From IMG/VR virus record IMGVR_UViG_3300006802_000073, positions 85,081 through 149,080 of that record: DNA of 64,000 nt; one strand, written 5' to 3'. Under the pieces are notes generated by a model. It saw only the letters and a program-made list of their open reading frames with translations. It searched no databases and was not told the DNA's origin. The stretch's first letter is position 1. The number at the start of each line of letters is the position of its first letter. The DNA is from a virus. Below, in pieces: positions 35,495 through 45,115 of the stretch. The position numbers and the translations under genes were made by a program.

Positions 35495-36980
35495 TTAATT
35501 TTACCTCTATTAACTTGTAATTGAAAGATTCACTTGTATAGATTTTAACACGTTCAACCAAATGTTGTAATGTAAAATTTTTTCTTCTTTTCCAACTAAG
35601 ATCATCACCTATATCATATAAATTACATTCGGTTTTTGTATCTGATATACGTAATCCTCTACCAATTGATTGTAAATTTCTTATACGAGATTTAGAGGGG
35701 CTAGCAAAAATAATATTATGAAGATTTTTAATATTTACTCCTGCCGAAAATGTACCATAAGATGCTACAATAATAGAATCAAGTTCTTTTTCAGTTATAG
35801 CTCTAATAGATTCACGTTGCTCAGCTTCTGTTCCACCATGTATAAAGAAAATTTTTCTACTCTCTTCACCTTTTTCTTTAATCATTTCATAAAGAACTTT
35901 TCCATGCTTCTCTACATATTGAAATAACACTAACGTATTACCTTTACGAGAAAGAGCTAAATTCTTTATAAAGGTATTTCTTTTTGAATTAGTTACTAAA
36001 AAATCTATTTCAGTTTGATAATCCGCTTTAGATAATAGCTTTCTTGTATTATCATCATAACTTAATGTAATACAATAGATTCTTAACTCGGCTAACTGTT
36101 TATTTGTCATTAACTCTTTCGTAGTAGTAACTTTATAAACAGAACCAAAAAGACCTTCTAGTACTAATTTATGTGTTTGTGTACCATCTAATGTTCCTGT
36201 TGTTCCAATTTTATAAGGAGTTTTAATACATTTTGTAATTATACCTGATAGAGATTTTGCTTTATATTGATGGCATTCATCTCCATAAACACAATCAAAC
36301 TGTTCAAAGAAACTTTTTGGTAATCTTTGTAAAGATTGCCATGTTGATATTGTTACATCATGATCTGCAGTTTTTTCCGATCCACCATAAATTTTATAAC
36401 AGTATTCATCTGTATTCCATTTATTTTCATATGAATAATCTTTGAAATCTGTAAACATCTGTTCCACTAATGATGTAGTGGGTACTATAACAAGTTGTTT
36501 TCTATTTCTAAGATGATGCCAACGAATTAAACTATATATTATAAGAGATTTCCCTGAACCTGTAGGTGATAATAATAATTTTCGTCCTTCTTTTATACCT
36601 TGATAAATAGCATCAAGTTGATAATCTCTATAATCAATTCTTTTTTCATTAGATGTTGGTACAAGGGAATTACAAAATTCTTTTACTTCTTCATATGTTA
36701 CAATATCTGCTATAGGTATATATGCGGTTTGATCAAAACTATAGTCATTATTTTCAGCAAATTTTTGCAGATAATCTTTTAATCCGATATATAGTTCTCG
36801 TGTAAAAGGAGTAATGAGGCGAACTTTTCCATCCCACATTTTATTTCTATATAGTGGATGGAATTTTGCTCCAGGTACATCAAAAGTAAAATACTCTTGT
36901 AGTTCCTGTAAAATTGAAGGCGAAGCATCTACTTTTAGATGGACTTCATCCTTTTTATGTATCTTTATTATATCGGTCAT
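35487..36980 (-). CDS. uvsW: UvsW DNA helicase
   Basis: RDYQ, SPTGSGKS, GDECH, TGTL, QSIGRGLR. Confidence 0.95.
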   Translation of the reverse strand: MTDIIKIHKKDEVHLKVDASPSILQELQEYFTFDVPGAKFHPLYRNKMWDGKVRLITPFTRELYIGLKDYLQKFAENNDYSFDQTAYIPIADIVTYEEVKEFCNSLVPTSNEKRIDYRDYQLDAIYQGIKEGRKLLLSPTGSGKSLIIYSLIRWHHLRNRKQLVIVPTTSLVEQMFTDFKDYSYENKWNTDEYCYKIYGGSEKTADHDVTISTWQSLQRLPKSFFEQFDCVYGDECHQYKAKSLSGIITKCIKTPYKIGTTGTLDGTQTHKLVLEGLFGSVYKVTTTKELMTNKQLAELRIYCITLSYDDNTRKLLSKADYQTEIDFLVTNSKRNTFIKNLALSRKGNTLVLFQYVEKHGKVLYEMIKEKGEESRKIFFIHGGTEAEQRESIRAITEKELDSIIVASYGTFSAGVNIKNLHNIIFASPSKSRIRNLQSIGRGLRISDTKTECNLYDIGDDLSWKRRKNFTLQHLVERVKIYTSESFNYKLIEVKLNE

Positions 36981-37420
36981 TAAAATGAACCATTAGTCCA
37001 CTTAAGCCATTCTATATGGTTTTTAATATCCCATGTTCTTGAATTAAGTGATCTAATGATTTGCTCCAGATGATAGATGACAGTTTTAAAATATTCTACT
37101 TTATCTTGTAGCTCTACAAGATCTTGATCATGGGAAAGAAACTCATCCATTTCATTTTTCAATGGTTTAGTTCCTTGCCATTGTTCCCATTCTTCAGAAA
37201 GTAATTCTGCCTGTGTCATCTCACCACGATAATATCTAAATTTCTTTCTTCGCATAAAAAAGTAATTTGATTCTGCTTTTCTTAAACTAAGTTTTGCAGA
37301 AGAAAGAAAATTTAAATATTTGGCATGTAATGTGGGAATCCTTGTTGCTTCTTTACCTAAATTTGTTTCATCAATCTTTGAGTCTTTTTCCCAAAGATTT
37401 TGAAGCTCTGTTAATTTCAT
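36980..37420 (-). CDS. uvsY: UvsY recombination mediator
   Basis: DSKID..L...P.LHAKY, YYRG, RTWDIKN.IEW. Confidence 0.92.
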   Translation of the reverse strand: MKLTELQNLWEKDSKIDETNLGKEATRIPTLHAKYLNFLSSAKLSLRKAESNYFFMRRKKFRYYRGEMTQAELLSEEWEQWQGTKPLKNEMDEFLSHDQDLVELQDKVEYFKTVIYHLEQIIRSLNSRTWDIKNHIEWLKWTNGSF

Positions 37421-37422
37421 AA

Positions 37423-38241
37423 TTAAGAAATTTTTGTTTTTTCAAAAATAACAAAAGGATTACCTCTAAAGGGAATTGTACCAAAATGATTCAATGAAAC
37501 ATTTGGATCAAGCCAAATGTCACCACCAAGTTTTTGCCATCGCCGGCAGAATGTATAATCCTCTGACAAATACCGCTTCGATTCTTCTTCGATAATAGTA
37601 TCAAATAATGCATATGTATATTTATCTAATTCTTTATCAACATTGATATCATTATTATATTGAAGTTCGGGATATGCTTCAGTCATTTTTTGTATAACTT
37701 CACGCTTAATCATCATAAATCCAGTTCCCGCATCTTTTAAAGACATTAAGCCATTAGTAATGGCAACTGTTCTATCTTCTAAAGATGAGAAATTAAAATT
37801 GATAGCATATTCACTACCCGCACAAGCAAGAACATCATCAGTTACTTCTGGATCACGTAAAACACTTTCTTTTACTGCAGTCCAATTAATACCCTTTTTG
37901 GGATATGCTCCAACAGCAACATCTTTATCAGCTGCAAGTAAACGGATTACATCGTCTACCTTAAATTCAATATCAGCATCAATAAAAAATAAATGTGTAC
38001 AATCAGATTTTAAAAAGAAAGCAGTTAATGTATTTCGTGCTCTAGGAACTAGACTTTCATTTGCAATAGTTCCAAACTGCAAAGGAATATTATGTTTATC
38101 ACAAAAGAAAACTAAACGTAAAATACTTTTAAAATATGGTTCTGTTAATGCTCCACCATAACAAGGTGTGGCAATAAAAAGTTTATTTTTTTGTAATTCT
38201 GCTACAGAGATTGATTTTTGTTCAACACGAGTTTCAGACAT
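37423..38241 (-). CDS. Glycosyltransferase-like protein (GT-A)
   Basis: IATPCYGG, NESLVPRARN, FIDADI (DxD), GTGFM, LSEDY.FC. Confidence 0.7.
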   Translation of the reverse strand: MSETRVEQKSISVAELQKNKLFIATPCYGGALTEPYFKSILRLVFFCDKHNIPLQFGTIANESLVPRARNTLTAFFLKSDCTHLFFIDADIEFKVDDVIRLLAADKDVAVGAYPKKGINWTAVKESVLRDPEVTDDVLACAGSEYAINFNFSSLEDRTVAITNGLMSLKDAGTGFMMIKREVIQKMTEAYPELQYNNDINVDKELDKYTYALFDTIIEEESKRYLSEDYTFCRRWQKLGGDIWLDPNVSLNHFGTIPFRGNPFVIFEKTKIS

Positions 38242-38258
38242 AATTTACCTCAATATTA

Positions 38259-38843
38259 TTAAAGTGGTTCTACCTCAAACATTCTAAATTTAAAAGATGC
38301 TCTACAAGTAAAATATTGTATATTGGTTACTGTAGTATCGAAAGTTAAAGGACTTAAATCCACAGGAAAAGCATCCGTGAATTTTATATTTATATTTGCA
38401 TTATACGATGAATTAAGAATTACTAAAGTAGCATCACTATATTTTACATGATCATTATCTTTTTTGTCAATAGAAGAAGGCGTTATTCTATTTTTTCTGT
38501 TTTCTATAAACTCTTGTATCTTAGAGTAATCTTTAAAATCACCTAAAGCAGTCATCCAATTATATAACTCTATATAATTACTCATATCTTCTGATACAAT
38601 AAAGTTTATATCAAGATCACCAAAAGAAACTTTTTCACCTACTATCGGATAGTCTATAAAAGGGGTTGAATGTACTCCTGAACCCAATCCAATAGAAGGA
38701 AGAGTAACAGATTGGCATGTATAAGAAACTTGGGGATAATTTTCTAAGACAAATCTAAATCCATTGGGTTTTAAGAAATCATATGTAGATGGTCTATTAT
38801 CTAAATATGATGTTGAAGCAACGAAAGAGTTTCCTGTATACAT
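38259..38843 (-). CDS. 3: Tail completion/sheath stabiliser (gp3)
   Basis: CQSVTLP, F.VSEDM.NY.ELYNW, SDATL, F.DAFP..L. Confidence 0.88.
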   Translation of the reverse strand: MYTGNSFVASTSYLDNRPSTYDFLKPNGFRFVLENYPQVSYTCQSVTLPSIGLGSGVHSTPFIDYPIVGEKVSFGDLDINFIVSEDMSNYIELYNWMTALGDFKDYSKIQEFIENRKNRITPSSIDKKDNDHVKYSDATLVILNSSYNANINIKFTDAFPVDLSPLTFDTTVTNIQYFTCRASFKFRMFEVEPL

Positions 38844-38845
38844 TT

Positions 38846-40249
38846 TTAATCTCTATTTACAATAAGAAGAAATTTAGCATTTCCTGCATCATGGACTTTA
38901 TAATATTTATTCGCCTCCATAATTTGTTTCTCTGTTTTATTTATATCATAATGTGGCATGTTTGTTAGTTTATGTTTTTGAAACTTTACTCGAGAATACA
39001 TTTTACCGCTTTTACACCAATAGTAATTGGGTTCGGTAATGGAAATGAACTTAAAGCCATTTTTCATATATTGATTCTGTTCATGATCTGACCAAAATAA
39101 ATCTGCAAATGTTTCTATAGAGATTAGATTCAAAGTTTCAATTGCATATTTAAGTAATCTAGTAAATCCTCCTACCACATGAATCGAGGAGGCATATCTT
39201 TCAATTTTATTCTTTTGTATTGATATTGCAGCTACTATAGTATTATTATATCTTAAAACAAAATTATTTTTACAAGGTTTATAACCTTGAATATGATTTT
39301 CATTATAGAAAGTTCTTAAGTCTCCACTTCTTATAGACTGAATAGAACATTTTCTTGCAAAAATCTTTTCCGTTCTAGCACCCAAAATATGACAAAGTTT
39401 CTTTTTTATTAGATCCTTCTTTTCATTCCAATCTACATCCCAAAACTGTATTAACCGAATACCATCTTCTCGGCACATTATATATTTGTCGAAATGATAC
39501 GATCTAGTATATCTTGAATGCCAATATACTCCATTAAATTCTATACCAATCTTTAACTCCGGAATGAAGATATCAATTTCATATCTTTTTGTTTTATGTT
39601 TTTTTACAGTAAATCCTAATGTTTTTATATAATCTGTTACCTCTTGCTCACCTGTAGAAGTAAATGATGGGGAAACATATAAACCATAAGAATGTATCTT
39701 TTGCAAAACCAAAGATGGCGAAACATTAATTGATTGTGCTATTTTTTCTGCAGACCAACCCTCTTTTAGTTTTTTCTTTAAACTTTCTTCAGTTAGATAT
39801 AAATCATGTGTTTCTTGTGGAACTTGATCAAACTTTGTAGATATACCATATAATATACACAGGAAGTTTAAATTATTATACGATATATTTGAATTCTTAG
39901 CCAATTCTTTTAGTGGCTTATTACTATTTTTATGTTGTAGTATTTCTTCCTTAGACGGCGCTGTAGTATACTTTTGATAAAATTTGATGAGCTCTTTCTC
40001 AATAAATTTATCTCTACCTATGACTGCTTCAAATTCTCCACCCGTTATAATACTTCTAACTATAGAATAATGATTACTGTTATACTTTTTGGCAGCATGT
40101 GTTAAAGGCAATACTTCTCCATTAACTCGAACAAATTTAGTTTGTGTTTCTTCATTTCTTTTTAACAGATCAGATTTGTAACAATCAAAGTTACAATATT
40201 TGGAATTAGAACTCGGTATAGGATTACTGCAAGTAATACATGTATTCAT
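38846..40249 (-). CDS. Hef-like free-standing homing endonuclease
   Basis: EIDIFIPELKIGIEFNGVYWH, GIRLIQ.W..W, ARKC, NHIQG, DAG; N-terminal CxxC...CxxxC finger. Confidence 0.8.
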   Translation of the reverse strand: MNTCITCSNPIPSSNSKYCNFDCYKSDLLKRNEETQTKFVRVNGEVLPLTHAAKKYNSNHYSIVRSIITGGEFEAVIGRDKFIEKELIKFYQKYTTAPSKEEILQHKNSNKPLKELAKNSNISYNNLNFLCILYGISTKFDQVPQETHDLYLTEESLKKKLKEGWSAEKIAQSINVSPSLVLQKIHSYGLYVSPSFTSTGEQEVTDYIKTLGFTVKKHKTKRYEIDIFIPELKIGIEFNGVYWHSRYTRSYHFDKYIMCREDGIRLIQFWDVDWNEKKDLIKKKLCHILGARTEKIFARKCSIQSIRSGDLRTFYNENHIQGYKPCKNNFVLRYNNTIVAAISIQKNKIERYASSIHVVGGFTRLLKYAIETLNLISIETFADLFWSDHEQNQYMKNGFKFISITEPNYYWCKSGKMYSRVKFQKHKLTNMPHYDINKTEKQIMEANKYYKVHDAGNAKFLLIVNRD

Positions 40250-40278
40250 TATATTTAAATTAGATTTAAGATATATGT

Positions 40279-40307
40279 ATTATATATTACAAACAAAACT
40301 TTGTAAA
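40279..40307 (-). promoter_or_regulatory. Early-type promoter for the endonuclease gene
   Basis: TTTACA-N17-TATAAT just downstream of the gp23 terminator. Confidence 0.5.
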
Positions 40308-40315
40308 TATATACC

Positions 40316-40345
40316 AAAAAAATAGGGACCCGAAGGTCCCTATTT
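40316..40345 (-). terminator. Intrinsic terminator after gp23
   Basis: AATAGGGACC-TTCG-GGTCCCTATT plus T run (T4-style cUUCGg). Confidence 0.88.
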
Positions 40346-40367
40346 CTCTCGAACAGGATACTACAAA

Positions 40368-41669
40368 TTACATAATATTTAGAACTGCGGTTCTTCTGTA
40401 GTATTGATTGCGATTAGCTGTGAATGTTGATCCATCAGCATCACTTAAGCTAGAAGAACTTGTAACGTATGGGTTTGCAATCATCCCATAACGTGTCTTG
40501 AAACCAACCTTAGGTTGGAAAGTATTAGGATCGACAGCACGAACCATTTGTAGAGGAACATATGGGCAGTAGAAAAGACCTGCGTCATATGGGCTTGTGC
40601 CTTTGTATCCTACGACATAGAACTGATACTGAGCGCCTAGATTTGCAGAATAAGGATCGATATAAACGCGGAAGCGACCATTTAGAACGCCTGCAAAGGT
40701 ATTGCTAGTATCATCGACATTTAGGCTAGTTGATAATGCGGGGGCATAATCAAGAACACCAGCCATTGCTAGAGCTGAAGCAACGTCTGCTGAGCAAACG
40801 ATGAAGTTACCTTTTCCTCTACGTGTATCTTGTGCAATGTGATTAGCATCGCGTTCGATATTGAATAGAAGACCCTTGAAACGCTCTACTGACCAACGAC
40901 CATTGGAGTCGATATCTAGGTCAAAAGTACCGGGTGTTGCTGTTGCTTGAGAACCTGTCTTAGCAACTTTATAAATGGTACGAATAACTTCACGATTAAT
41001 TTCAAACATAATTTCTTGTGAAAGAATATTTGAAAGTTCTGACTCGGCATCAAGACCATGAACTGCCTTAAGATCTTGAGCGAGTTCGATGGTGTATTCT
41101 GCCTTTAGAGCACGTGACTTAGCGGTAACTGTTGTCTTATCGATTGCAAAAGACATTTCGCCAAAGTCATAACCGGTTGAACCTAGTTGTTCTGCCCATG
41201 CTGTAACGTTAGCTGTACCTGTGGTATAAGTACCATTTACTGGATTTGAACCAGCATGTACAGGAGAAGCTGCACCTGAGAAATCGGTATCAGCTTCATT
41301 AAATAGTGCTTCTATACGGGTTGAGGTGTTTGCACGCTCTGTACCGTAAATAGAACGCATTGCAAAGATAAGACCTGTTGGGCCTGTCATTGGTTGAACG
41401 CCACAAACATCATATGCCATTAGATTAGGCATAGCGCGACGAACGAGACCAATAAGAATTGGATCGTACTTATCGATGCCGCTTGTTGCAGCGATGTTAT
41501 TAGCTGGGGCGGTTTCAAAAAGTGCAGCTCTTTCTTCTCTTAGAGCCTTTTCTTGGTTCTCGAGTAGAACGGAGGTAACTGCACGCTTATAAGTATCCTT
41601 AATTTCAGGAAGATCGGGGTGCTCTAGAATAGCTCCCCATTTTTGTTGTAGTCCTTCTGTCATTAACAT
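40368..41669 (-). CDS. 23: Major capsid protein gp23
   Basis: LLENQE, GVQPMTGPTGLIFAMR, KSRALKAEY, ELAQDLKAVHGLDAE, FYCPYVPL, GFKTRYG. Confidence 0.99.
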   Translation of the reverse strand: MLMTEGLQQKWGAILEHPDLPEIKDTYKRAVTSVLLENQEKALREERAALFETAPANNIAATSGIDKYDPILIGLVRRAMPNLMAYDVCGVQPMTGPTGLIFAMRSIYGTERANTSTRIEALFNEADTDFSGAASPVHAGSNPVNGTYTTGTANVTAWAEQLGSTGYDFGEMSFAIDKTTVTAKSRALKAEYTIELAQDLKAVHGLDAESELSNILSQEIMFEINREVIRTIYKVAKTGSQATATPGTFDLDIDSNGRWSVERFKGLLFNIERDANHIAQDTRRGKGNFIVCSADVASALAMAGVLDYAPALSTSLNVDDTSNTFAGVLNGRFRVYIDPYSANLGAQYQFYVVGYKGTSPYDAGLFYCPYVPLQMVRAVDPNTFQPKVGFKTRYGMIANPYVTSSSSLSDADGSTFTANRNQYYRRTAVLNIM

Positions 41670-41708
41670 CTTTTTGTTACTCCTTAATGGAAAAATAAAT
41701 TGTTTAAT

Positions 41709-41716
41709 TATTTATA
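41709..41716 (-). promoter_or_regulatory. Late promoter TATAAATA (gp23)
   Basis: Exact consensus upstream of gp23. Confidence 0.8.
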
Positions 41717-41718
41717 AA

Positions 41719-42816
41719 TTATCGTGCCTTAACAGCTCTTGATAAAGCCTGAGCATAGCGTGCAATTGTATCATTTGATGTATCGAGTGGTGCTTCTTCA
41801 CTTAGAATTTGTTCTTCGGGAGAAGCTGTTTGAATCTTGGGGAAATAGTTTTCCTTAACGACTTTAACCTTCTCTCTAAACAATTCATCTGACTCATAGC
41901 TAATACCTTCAAGAAGTTTTGAAAGTTTTTCTGTTTCTGTATCAGCTAAATCGCCAGACATTTCACTAAGAATCTTATCTTTCTTAAGTTCTGATGATTC
42001 TTTTACTAGCTCAATATTTTTTTCTACTATAGTATTTAATTGTTCTTCAAGTGATGCAACTTTATCATTTAACTGCTCTAACACATTGTATTTCTCTTCT
42101 GGTACTTCGATATAATGCTCTTGGAAGAGATTCTTTAGACCGCCAATAAAATCTTCGGCGATTTCAGTTCTTAATCCATTCTCAACTGCTAGCTCATTTT
42201 CTTGCATCCATTGTTCGACGACATAGTTGAGGAATGAATCAATTTTTTCAACAAGTGCTTCTTTAAGCTCTGTTACTTCAGCTTCTTTTTGCTCTTGTAG
42301 TTGTTCACTAATTTTTTCCATTTCAGAGTTTACGCGAGCGATTACTGCTGCTTCAAAAATTGATGTTGCTTTATTACGAAAATCTTCAGATAAATCTTCA
42401 CCAAAAATTGCATTAAGTTCTGATTTAACATCTACTGATGGCTGTTCAGAAATTTGGTCTTCTTCTGTTTCTGTTTCTTCTTTAGCAACATTTCCAGAAG
42501 ATGCTTGCATATTGACTACAGATGTTGCATCTGCGACTGTTGTATAGTTAGGAGCTTGTCCAGCACCTTGAGCTTGTAAATTATTAGGTTTAATAGAAGC
42601 AGCTGCCTTGGCACCTTGGTTCTCTTCATCTTCTTCTCTTTCATCATAAGAAGCTTCTTGTGATGAACCTTGTTTAGGCATGCTTGTATCACCCGCAACA
42701 GCAGTTTTTACAGATGTATCTTTCTTTACAGAAGCTGCTCCCATTTCCTCAGCCTCATCAATTTGTTGAGCACCTGAACGTGCTAACAAATCTTTAATTT
42801 TCTGTTCAACAGACAT
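41719..42816 (-). CDS. 22: Prohead core scaffold gp22
   Basis: LSEDF..KA..IFEAAV, YVVEQW..EN.LA, LKNLF.EHYI. Confidence 0.95.
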   Translation of the reverse strand: MSVEQKIKDLLARSGAQQIDEAEEMGAASVKKDTSVKTAVAGDTSMPKQGSSQEASYDEREEDEENQGAKAAASIKPNNLQAQGAGQAPNYTTVADATSVVNMQASSGNVAKEETETEEDQISEQPSVDVKSELNAIFGEDLSEDFRNKATSIFEAAVIARVNSEMEKISEQLQEQKEAEVTELKEALVEKIDSFLNYVVEQWMQENELAVENGLRTEIAEDFIGGLKNLFQEHYIEVPEEKYNVLEQLNDKVASLEEQLNTIVEKNIELVKESSELKKDKILSEMSGDLADTETEKLSKLLEGISYESDELFREKVKVVKENYFPKIQTASPEEQILSEEAPLDTSNDTIARYAQALSRAVKAR

Positions 42817-42846
42817 AGAAATTCTCCTAATTGAATTGACAAATAT

Positions 42847-42854
42847 TATTTATA
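42847..42854 (-). promoter_or_regulatory. Late promoter TATAAATA (gp22)
   Basis: Exact consensus upstream of gp22. Confidence 0.8.
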
Positions 42855-42858
42855 AAAA

Positions 42859-43500
42859 TTAATTTTTAGAGATTAAAGTAATAAATTTACTGAATAATTG
42901 TAATTTCTTTTCTTCAGTTAATTTATGTTGTTTAATCTCATTTTTAATCTGCTCCAGTACCCAACCTTTTCCTTCTACATAAAGCCATGAAGCATCCTCC
43001 ATAATACCTTGGACAAAGGCTTGAGGGGCTGAAGGATCCGCAACTATATCTACAGTAGCAAGATGAAAATCATCTTGTACTTCATTAACACCCTCTTTAT
43101 TCATCTTTAAAGAACCTAATCCTCTTGAAGAAACTCCTAAACGAACACCCTCTTCAACAAAATTCTTTGCAATCTTTCCCATAGGAGTATCAAGGATCTT
43201 TGCTCTTCCAATAACATCGTTGCCTTCAAATCTTAAATTAGTAATTAGATGCGATACTTTATCCAAATTAATTGAAGGATTGGCTGGATGACCTAATTCA
43301 CCTAGAGCACGTTTTTCTGATATTAATTGTTGATATCTGTCAACTTCTTTTTCAAGAATATTTTTACGATATATTCTACCATTACGATTGGGTTGTTCGG
43401 CTTGCATAAAAATACCTTCAATGAAAGTACTTTTACCTCCGTTTTCTTTAGCTTCAGTAATATATTGAAGCTCTTGTGTAATTTCTGTAATTAATTTCAT
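42859..43500 (-). CDS. 21: Prohead protease gp21
   Basis: MKLITE, NRNGRIY, ALGELGHP, GVSSRGLGS, DIVADPSAP. Confidence 0.97.
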   Translation of the reverse strand: MKLITEITQELQYITEAKENGGKSTFIEGIFMQAEQPNRNGRIYRKNILEKEVDRYQQLISEKRALGELGHPANPSINLDKVSHLITNLRFEGNDVIGRAKILDTPMGKIAKNFVEEGVRLGVSSRGLGSLKMNKEGVNEVQDDFHLATVDIVADPSAPQAFVQGIMEDASWLYVEGKGWVLEQIKNEIKQHKLTEEKKLQLFSKFITLISKN

Positions 43501-43506
43501 TGTATT

Positions 43507-43905
43507 TTACCTTGGTACTGATTGTTGATCAGGTTCTTCGTACCCAGCAGTTTTAGATAAACCTAATAATACTGTACCACCAGGTGAAGGTATAGTGACT
43601 GAAATATTTGCAGTATTGTTTTGACTTAATACATAGCCAAATTGTTGTGAAAATGCCCAATTATCATTACTATAAAATAGTAAAATATTACTTCCATCTC
43701 TATTAATAGAAGATAATCCACCCGATGATTCGGGAACAGAATATACAACTGATGTTATATTTACATTACAATTAGCATATCCTCTAAATGTTTCATCTGC
43801 CATTGTTAAATCTGCATTAAGATCAATATTAGCAGTACCATCTCCAACCAATTCGATAACTGCTTGTTGACGTTGCTTCTTAAGTATAGTCTTTGTAATA
43901 GGCAT
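43507..43905 (-). CDS. Hypothetical virion-associated protein
   Basis: 132 aa ORF in the head operon upstream of gp21. Confidence 0.65.
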   Translation of the reverse strand: MPITKTILKKQRQQAVIELVGDGTANIDLNADLTMADETFRGYANCNVNITSVVYSVPESSGGLSSINRDGSNILLFYSNDNWAFSQQFGYVLSQNNTANISVTIPSPGGTVLLGLSKTAGYEEPDQQSVPR

Positions 43906-43916
43906 TTATCTCTACC

Positions 43917-44945
43917 TTATTCCGCTTTTTTAGATTCTTTTTCTTTAGTTTCAAGTTCTGCTCTACGTTCCGCATGACTTGGTATCTTTGGTGGATTTTT
44001 AACCATTGCTTTATCTTGCATCATACGTGATATACGTGATCTAGCTGATGATTCAATTACTTCTTTCGCCACACCTTTCTTTTTCTTATCATACTTAGCA
44101 AAAAGGTCTGAAAGATGCTTTGCTGGATCTTTCTTTACTGCGTCTCTATCTTTTTTAGATACTTTTGGTTCAGGGAATTGGTGTCCACCATCACGACCAG
44201 GTGGTGTTTGTGATTTGTCCATTTCATTCAAGCCTTCCGCCACACCTTGCTGACTTTGTTGTTCACGCTTTTTTAATTCTTTGCGAATCAATGCTTTGAA
44301 TCTTGCTTCATTACGATGTAAGATGCCTGGCTTCAATAAAGTTCGTAAGTGTTCTGTATCATAATCACTATAATCAGCACCTTTAGTTGGAAGTTGGTCA
44401 ACTCTGCCTTCCGCCACACCTTGTAGTTCTTTTTGTGTAGCTCCTGCTTTACGAGCAGCTTCAGCATCTTTGGCATTTTTGGTTTTATGATATTTTGCTA
44501 ATAACTCTTTTCGGGTTCCACCTTGACTTGGAGGATTATAGTTTGTAACACCTGTGGTTTCCGCCACATCTTGTAATTCTTCGTTAGCTTTAGCAATACC
44601 AGCAGTTCTTTTTGCAATTAGATTCTTTGCTAAATCATGATATTCAGATTTTTTCTGTGTAAAGGGTTTTAATTCCTTTACCTGTGCTTTTGCTTTAGCA
44701 GTATATGATGCTTTAGTTTGTTGAGAAATTTCATCAATAGATTCAACTTCTTCATTACGCTGCTTAGCATAATATGCTCCAAGAGCCATCTTTATGCGTT
44801 CTTTCTTTGTCTTACCTTTAAATTTTGGATTATCAGATTTTACAAAATCATGGATCCATTTAGACGCAGGATCGCTCTGTGATAATACTTCATCAATTTC
44901 TTCTGCATCTTCTAAGACAAAACTTTTAAACGATTTGCTAGACAT
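43917..44945 (-). CDS. Prohead core/internal head protein (gp68 position), modular
   Basis: Between gp67-like and gp21; K/E-rich; many (I/L/V)-x-E potential gp21 cleavage sites; repeated GVAE junctions. Confidence 0.65.
   Translation of the reverse strand: MSSKSFKSFVLEDAEEIDEVLSQSDPASKWIHDFVKSDNPKFKGKTKKERIKMALGAYYAKQRNEEVESIDEISQQTKASYTAKAKAQVKELKPFTQKKSEYHDLAKNLIAKRTAGIAKANEELQDVAETTGVTNYNPPSQGGTRKELLAKYHKTKNAKDAEAARKAGATQKELQGVAEGRVDQLPTKGADYSDYDTEHLRTLLKPGILHRNEARFKALIRKELKKREQQSQQGVAEGLNEMDKSQTPPGRDGGHQFPEPKVSKKDRDAVKKDPAKHLSDLFAKYDKKKKGVAKEVIESSARSRISRMMQDKAMVKNPPKIPSHAERRAELETKEKESKKAE
44064..44573 (-). repeat. Four dispersed copies of a GC-rich repeat, consensus CAAGGTGTGGCGGAAGGC
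   Basis: Exact 18-bp copies at 44232-44249 and 44406-44423; variants at 44064-44078 and 44559-44573; spacings 171, 174 and 150 bp. Confidence 0.85.
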
Positions 44946-45111
44946 CTTCGGATCCTCTATTATAGATAGTTTGAGCTAGATCTACTTTTTTAGCATCAAG
45001 CTCTGTAGATACTTTAGCAGATATTAAATCATCAAAATTATTCTGCGCCGATACATTATCACCATTTAAAATATTATCTAACATTTGTCTAATACCATCT
45101 GCATAATCCAT
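44938..45111 (-). CDS. 67: Prohead core protein gp67-like (57 aa, not in ORF track)
   Basis: MDYADGIRQMLDNILNGDNVSAQNNFDDLISAKVSTELDAKKVDLAQTIY...; directly downstream of portal. Confidence 0.7.
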   Translation of the reverse strand: MDYADGIRQMLDNILNGDNVSAQNNFDDLISAKVSTELDAKKVDLAQTIYNRGSEDV

Positions 45112-45115
45112 AATC

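Noticed and set aside
44064-44573. GVAE repeats as a mini-CRISPR array
   Set aside because: Repeat is only ~15-18 bp, spacing is 150-174 bp and the whole array is an open reading frame; kept instead as a cassette finding
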